This document shows, piece by piece, positions 59,627 to 64,000 of a DNA stretch of 64,000 bases. The stretch lies in assembly GCA_973895155.1 (NCBI GenBank), contig OZ316898.1, positions 14,600,330 to 14,664,329 of the forward strand, written 5' to 3'. A model generated the notes under the pieces. The model was not told the origin of the DNA, ran no database searches, and saw only the letters and a program-made list of their open reading frames with translations. Position numbers and translations under genes: made by a program. Numbering within the stretch: the first letter of the stretch is position 1; each line of letters begins with the position of its first letter. The DNA comes from Marsupella aquatica (taxonomy: Eukaryota > Plantae > Marchantiophyta).

Positions 59627-61145
59627 GAGAGACGGTAGCACAGTGGACTCAGGTACTGATTCTCTGAAATCATTTCCAAAAGGAGATCGTGTAGCACAAT
59701 GAGTTCAACAAAGTCAACATCGCAATGGTTTTAGCCGCCCAAGTTGAGAATGATTTTGTAGAAGGATGTATACCTAAGTCCACTCACTTTTCCTGTCTTT
59801 CATAATTTTTTCCGCTATTGCTGCTACGGCCAATGACATTCATGCACATGCGAACCGAGGCCAACGCCTACTCCTTTGCCCACCGCAAAAATGGGCCCTC
59901 ATTACAACTTGAAGTTGAACGGAGTTTATTTGAGTACGAGAGAAGTTCTGAAAGCAAATGCACTCTCAGGTCAAATTTTCAGGTCCTTCGAGCAAAAAAT
60001 TACTGAGTATGTCATCGATCCGTTGGTTTCACAACTTCTCTCGTACTCAAATAAACTCTGTTCAACTTCAAGTAGCGTAGCTGCTACGGCCAATGACATT
60101 CATGTGCATGCAAACCGAGGCCAACGCCTCTACATTTGCCTACCCCAAAAATGGGCCTTGATTAGAACTTGAAGTTGAACAGAGTTTTTTTCATTATGAG
60201 AAGGTTTATTCAAGCAATGGCACTCTCAGGTCAAAATTTCAGGTCCTCCTGACTTTGTTATTATTGAATATGTCCGTGCTCCGTTGCTTGAATAAATCTT
60301 CTGATAATGAAATGAACTGACCAATTACTGGAGTACGGCTGCTACGGCCTATGACATTAATTCGCACAATTGCATGTTTATATCCTCTCCTTTCCGAATT
60401 CCAATTCGAGCTTGGACATCCTCTCGTCAGCTGATCTTCACCATTGCAGTTGCTCTTCACGCAAACCGAGATAGCAGTCTCTAGAATCCTCGAACCTATT
60501 TTATTTCAATGCATCATTCATAGTGTTTGAGGAATCCAAAGGTTCGCGTGAGGAGCAACTGAAAGGGTGGAGACCTGCTGACGAGAGGGTGTCCAAGCTC
60601 GAATTGGAATTCGGACAGGAGAGGATATAAACGGGTGAACTTTGACTTGAAATTGGTGACTGTATTTTGCGTCTGCATATCAATTCGGTGACCGATCTTG
60701 CGGAATCCCCGTGACCCTGTCTGATCATCATCATGACATTGCTCTCCTTGGCCACCAATGGGCCCTCATTACAACTTCAAGTTGAACGGGGTTTATATGA
60801 TTATGAGAAGGTTACTGATTATGTAGGCGATGTGATCATTTCACAACTTCTCTCATAGTCATATAAACTCTGCCCAACTTCAAGTAGTGCAGCTGCTACG
60901 GTCAACGACATTCACCCACCCCAAAAATGGGCCCTCGTTACAACTTCAAGTTCAACTAAGTTTATTTTATTACGAGAAGGTTTATTCAAGCAATGACATT
61001 CTCAGGTCCAATAATGAGGTCCTCTCGACCTCATTATTATTGAATATGACGGTGCTCTATTGCTGGACTAAATCTTCGCATAGTGAAATGAACTAACCAA
61101 TTCATGGAGGGGGCTGGTATGGACTACGGCTGCTATGGCCAACAA
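59627..61145 (+). ncRNA. Tandem array of fold-back hairpins (four ~260-bp-type units, one long 92-bp-stem hairpin, one upstream imperfect hairpin)
   Basis: Scaffold motifs gctgctacggccaatgacatt (59820, 60080, 60338, 60892, 61129) and aatgggccctcattacaacttgaagttgaac (59890, 60150, 60757, 60926). Inverted arms at 59907-59947/60033-60073, 60190-60220/60281-60311, 60376-60467/60541-60632, 60774-60813/60845-60885 and 60959-60994/61059-61094. Confidence 0.65.
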
Positions 61146-61381
61146 CAAGGTACTTTGAAATAGTCAGTGTTGGAGATTTGGAAAACATGTTGCGTTGGTG
61201 TGTCTCTATGACATTCTCAAATGCAAATACAAATAAATTATTCAATCATTGTACAATAATAAACACACTGCAAGACAATACAATCATGTTACAAAAAATA
61301 TAATTGTTTATAATTTTGTCTATGTCAGATACGACAATATAAGAGTAGCAACACTTGATATTATCCTAATGAAAAGATGCT

Positions 61382-64000
61382 TCAAGGCTGTGAAGAGAAA
61401 TTTCGTGCATTGTTGTTACAATTTTTGCACAAAAGCGCATTCCACTCGTCTTGTTTATCGCCCCAACTAAGTGGATCACGATTGTGTGACTGAACATTGT
61501 GCGACGTTTCTTGAAATGATGATATTCCTCGAAACCCACCAAGGCCAATAGGCCTGTTCGACGTATATGGATTCATGACACTTGGCCCTGCATACGCATT
61601 CAAGGGTGGACCTGCATGGTGTTGCCAGTTTGCATGTGGGTCGTTTGAAGTTTGACCTTCATGATTGTTGTATCCATGAAAAAAGGTTGATGTCCTTCCA
61701 TCCGTCGGATGCCCTGCTGTGCCTGTGCGTTGCTCGTTGAAATATGGTCTGCTTGTGTCAACATCATTCGCAAAGTTTGACCAAGGTGACCTTGGTTGGG
61801 AAGGCATCACAAAGTTTGTGTCCAATGATGCATCTTCCTCGTCTTGGATTTGCGATTCATCAATTGTAGGATACATCTCCAAATCCATTTCATTCTCCCA
61901 TTCCTCTGCATCAGTGATGTCTGTATCTGGTGGAATACGAGTCAAGAACTCACTATCCTTATCCAGGGAAAATCCGTGTAGCAATTCATCAGCATCATCA
62001 ATTGTATCATAATCTTTGACATCTTCTTCACCAAGAGCCGCACGTGTTGCATCGTACTCTTCATTGCTGCACAACTCCATGGAGATAGGTCTAGGTCCAT
62101 CATTTGTTCTTCTTCTTTGGTCATAACGTTCATATATAAACGTATGCAGGTTTCGAACATTTGTGAGCCCTTTCTCTACCCTCATGTTTGTAAATACAAA
62201 CACCAAATCTTTTGCTCGATCATTTGTCAATCGATTGCGACTTTTGGAATGTATAAATCCATACGAACTCCAGTTTCGCTCGCAAGCTGATGCGCACACT
62301 TTTTGGTGTAAGATTCTTCGCGCCAGGATTCTCAAATGTTTATAATCTGCACCATACGCATGCCACCACTCTGCTGGACTGACATTACCTATACTTGATT
62401 GGGCGGCTCCCATCGCTATTGATGTGTTGGGATTTTTTTTTTTGGCGTCAATGGCTTGACTGTGGATGGCAGAAATAAGTTCTCTGACGTCGCGATCATG
62501 GTTGATCCCCTCCTTCACCTGTTGTTCTGAATATCTAGCAATGTATTCATTGAAACCCTTGTAGAGTTCTGGATCTCCAGCGACATCTATGTCCTCATCA
62601 AAAAACATTTGGGGATTGAGATATGCTGCCGCTAGCATGAAATCAGTGGTAAGAGATTTTTTTTGATCCAAATACACTTTTAGTATCTTTGGTTTCAATA
62701 CCTCTGTTACCAATGGACAATCCTCCATGCTTGCTTTCAAAACATCAATCCCTCTTTTCAAACTCCAATACAACCAACCTGATTGCGGAGAATCACCATC
62801 AAATTCTCGCAACATCTTGACCAACGGAGTAAAGAATTTAACTGTATCCTTCACTTCAACCCAAAATGTATCTTGCTGTATCCACATTTTAAGTTCGTCT
62901 GTCTTTCCCCTCGTCATGTATCCAACTGATTTTGGTCGCAATGGAAGTCTATCACGAGAAGACTGCCAATTATCATCAATGACCATCTGTTGTAAAGCTC
63001 CTCTTAGCTCCAACGCTCTTTGTGCCATTAGGAAATTGGTCGCAAATCTAGTTGCATTTGGATTCAACAGTTTTTTGTCAGGAGATTTTCTTGCAAATAT
63101 TGCAGAAAGCTTTTGCGATGATGAAACTACTTTTACTATCCACCTCAACCGTTTAAAAATCTTTTGGAATGGATTCTGTCCAGCATCATCTAGCACTACA
63201 CGCTTGTGACCACACATATCCTCTAGCAGCAAATTAAACACGTGGGCAACACACTAGCTCCAAGTGACATGAGGATACTTTTTCATGACTACCTCACAAC
63301 CTGCTACACGATTTGCGGGTGCTCCATCAGTTACGATTTGAATAATATGATCTGCACCAATATCCTCAATGTATTTCAACCACATGTCGCCAAGATATTT
63401 CCCATCTTTCTTGTCAGCTTGCGCAGCATTCCAACTATCCAAGAAGAAGTCACCTTTAGAAGTCAACAACATGACATTCATCAAAGGTTCTCTTCGGACA
63501 TTTTCCCATCCATCTGAAGAAAGAGAATACCCATAAGGTTTTGCCTCCTTTAAAGTTTGCGTCATGTCCTTTGTGAGATCCTCCTTACTGTCTTCCAATA
63601 ATTTCAATCGCAAACTTCGCATCGTAGGTAGAGAATAACCATTGACAATCCCTTTTGAAGTCTCTATGATTGCTTCTCGAAAAAAAGGATTATTTGAAAC
63701 ATTGAATGGAATACCACTGGTGTAGAAAGCTTTCGCCCAAAGCTTATCCAAATTTGTTCTATTTGGAATTTGATAGGCATCCATAATTGGGTTAGGAAGA
63801 TTTACTGGCCTATCTCCTTCCCTTACATGTGTATCATCCATGTCAACATAGTTTGACCCTCGTGTGGATGCTTGCGAATATGAACTTCCAACGCTTGGCC
63901 TACGACCTCTCACATCCCGCAAGATATGACTTCCATCCCGTCGTTTGTACTTTAAGGTCGGTGGAACCTTTATCACATTGTACATAATGTTGATGGCATC
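61382..64000 (-). pseudogene. hAT transposase (DUF659 + hAT dimerisation domain), one in-frame TAG at 63254-63256; N-terminus beyond the window
   Basis: AFYTSGIPFNV..FF, YSLSSDGWEN..PLMNVM, IIQIVTDGA, W(S*)CVAHVFNLLLEDM, ATRFATNF, LVKMLREFDGD, AAAYLNP, PAEWWHAYG..LA.RIL....SASACERNWSSY..IHSKSRNRL...AKDLVFV..N. Confidence 0.92.

Larger units (their letters stand above)
54139..64000 (-). mobile_element. Large hAT DNA transposon (>9.8 kb, other end outside the window) carrying kinase, RING and hairpin cargo
   Basis: Abrupt start CAGTCCGGGAAAGG followed by ~450 bp of gggttcgg/gggtccgg subterminal repeats, typical of hAT ends. hAT transposase at 61382->64000 (-). The enclosed genes are intronless. 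Candidate 8-bp TSD ttcggaag (54131-54138). That the cargo lies inside one element is inferred, because the second TIR is not visible. Confidence 0.75.

Noticed and set aside
59818-61096. Short ORFs in the hairpin array as a repeated peptide gene
   Set aside because: Frames are not preserved between units, whereas base pairing is; better explained as structured RNA.

Overview
Eukaryotic nuclear DNA from a land plant with flagellated sperm, probably a seed-free plant such as a bryophyte (inferred from the RSPH9 gene and the transposon types). There are three host genes: a 6-exon radial spoke head protein RSPH9/RSP9 (557-4085, +), an intronless-CDS SCL32-like GRAS factor (10685-13177, -) and a 9-exon plastid-type TPR protein (48353-54026, -). 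Between them lies repeat-rich DNA: a full-length but decayed Ty1/copia element with a CTTAC TSD (28983-35074), a CpG-decayed 18S rDNA fragment, CRE/L1 LINE remnants, MITEs and small tandem duplications. The most striking object starts at about 54139 and runs off the window end. It is a >9.8 kb hAT-type DNA transposon inserted 113 bp upstream of the TPR start codon. Besides its transposase, it carries an intronless non-RD TKL-like protein kinase, a coiled-coil/RING-H2 protein and two clusters of miRNA-like fold-back hairpins. One cluster has a conserved loop with unique stems and sits in a predicted intron. The other has a conserved basal scaffold with co-varying stems, plus a 92-bp long hairpin built from an apparently captured sequence. 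I propose this as a candidate transposon-borne kinase + E3 ligase + small-RNA-array module (anti-silencing or toxin-antidote/drive). The structure is seen directly; the function is inference.
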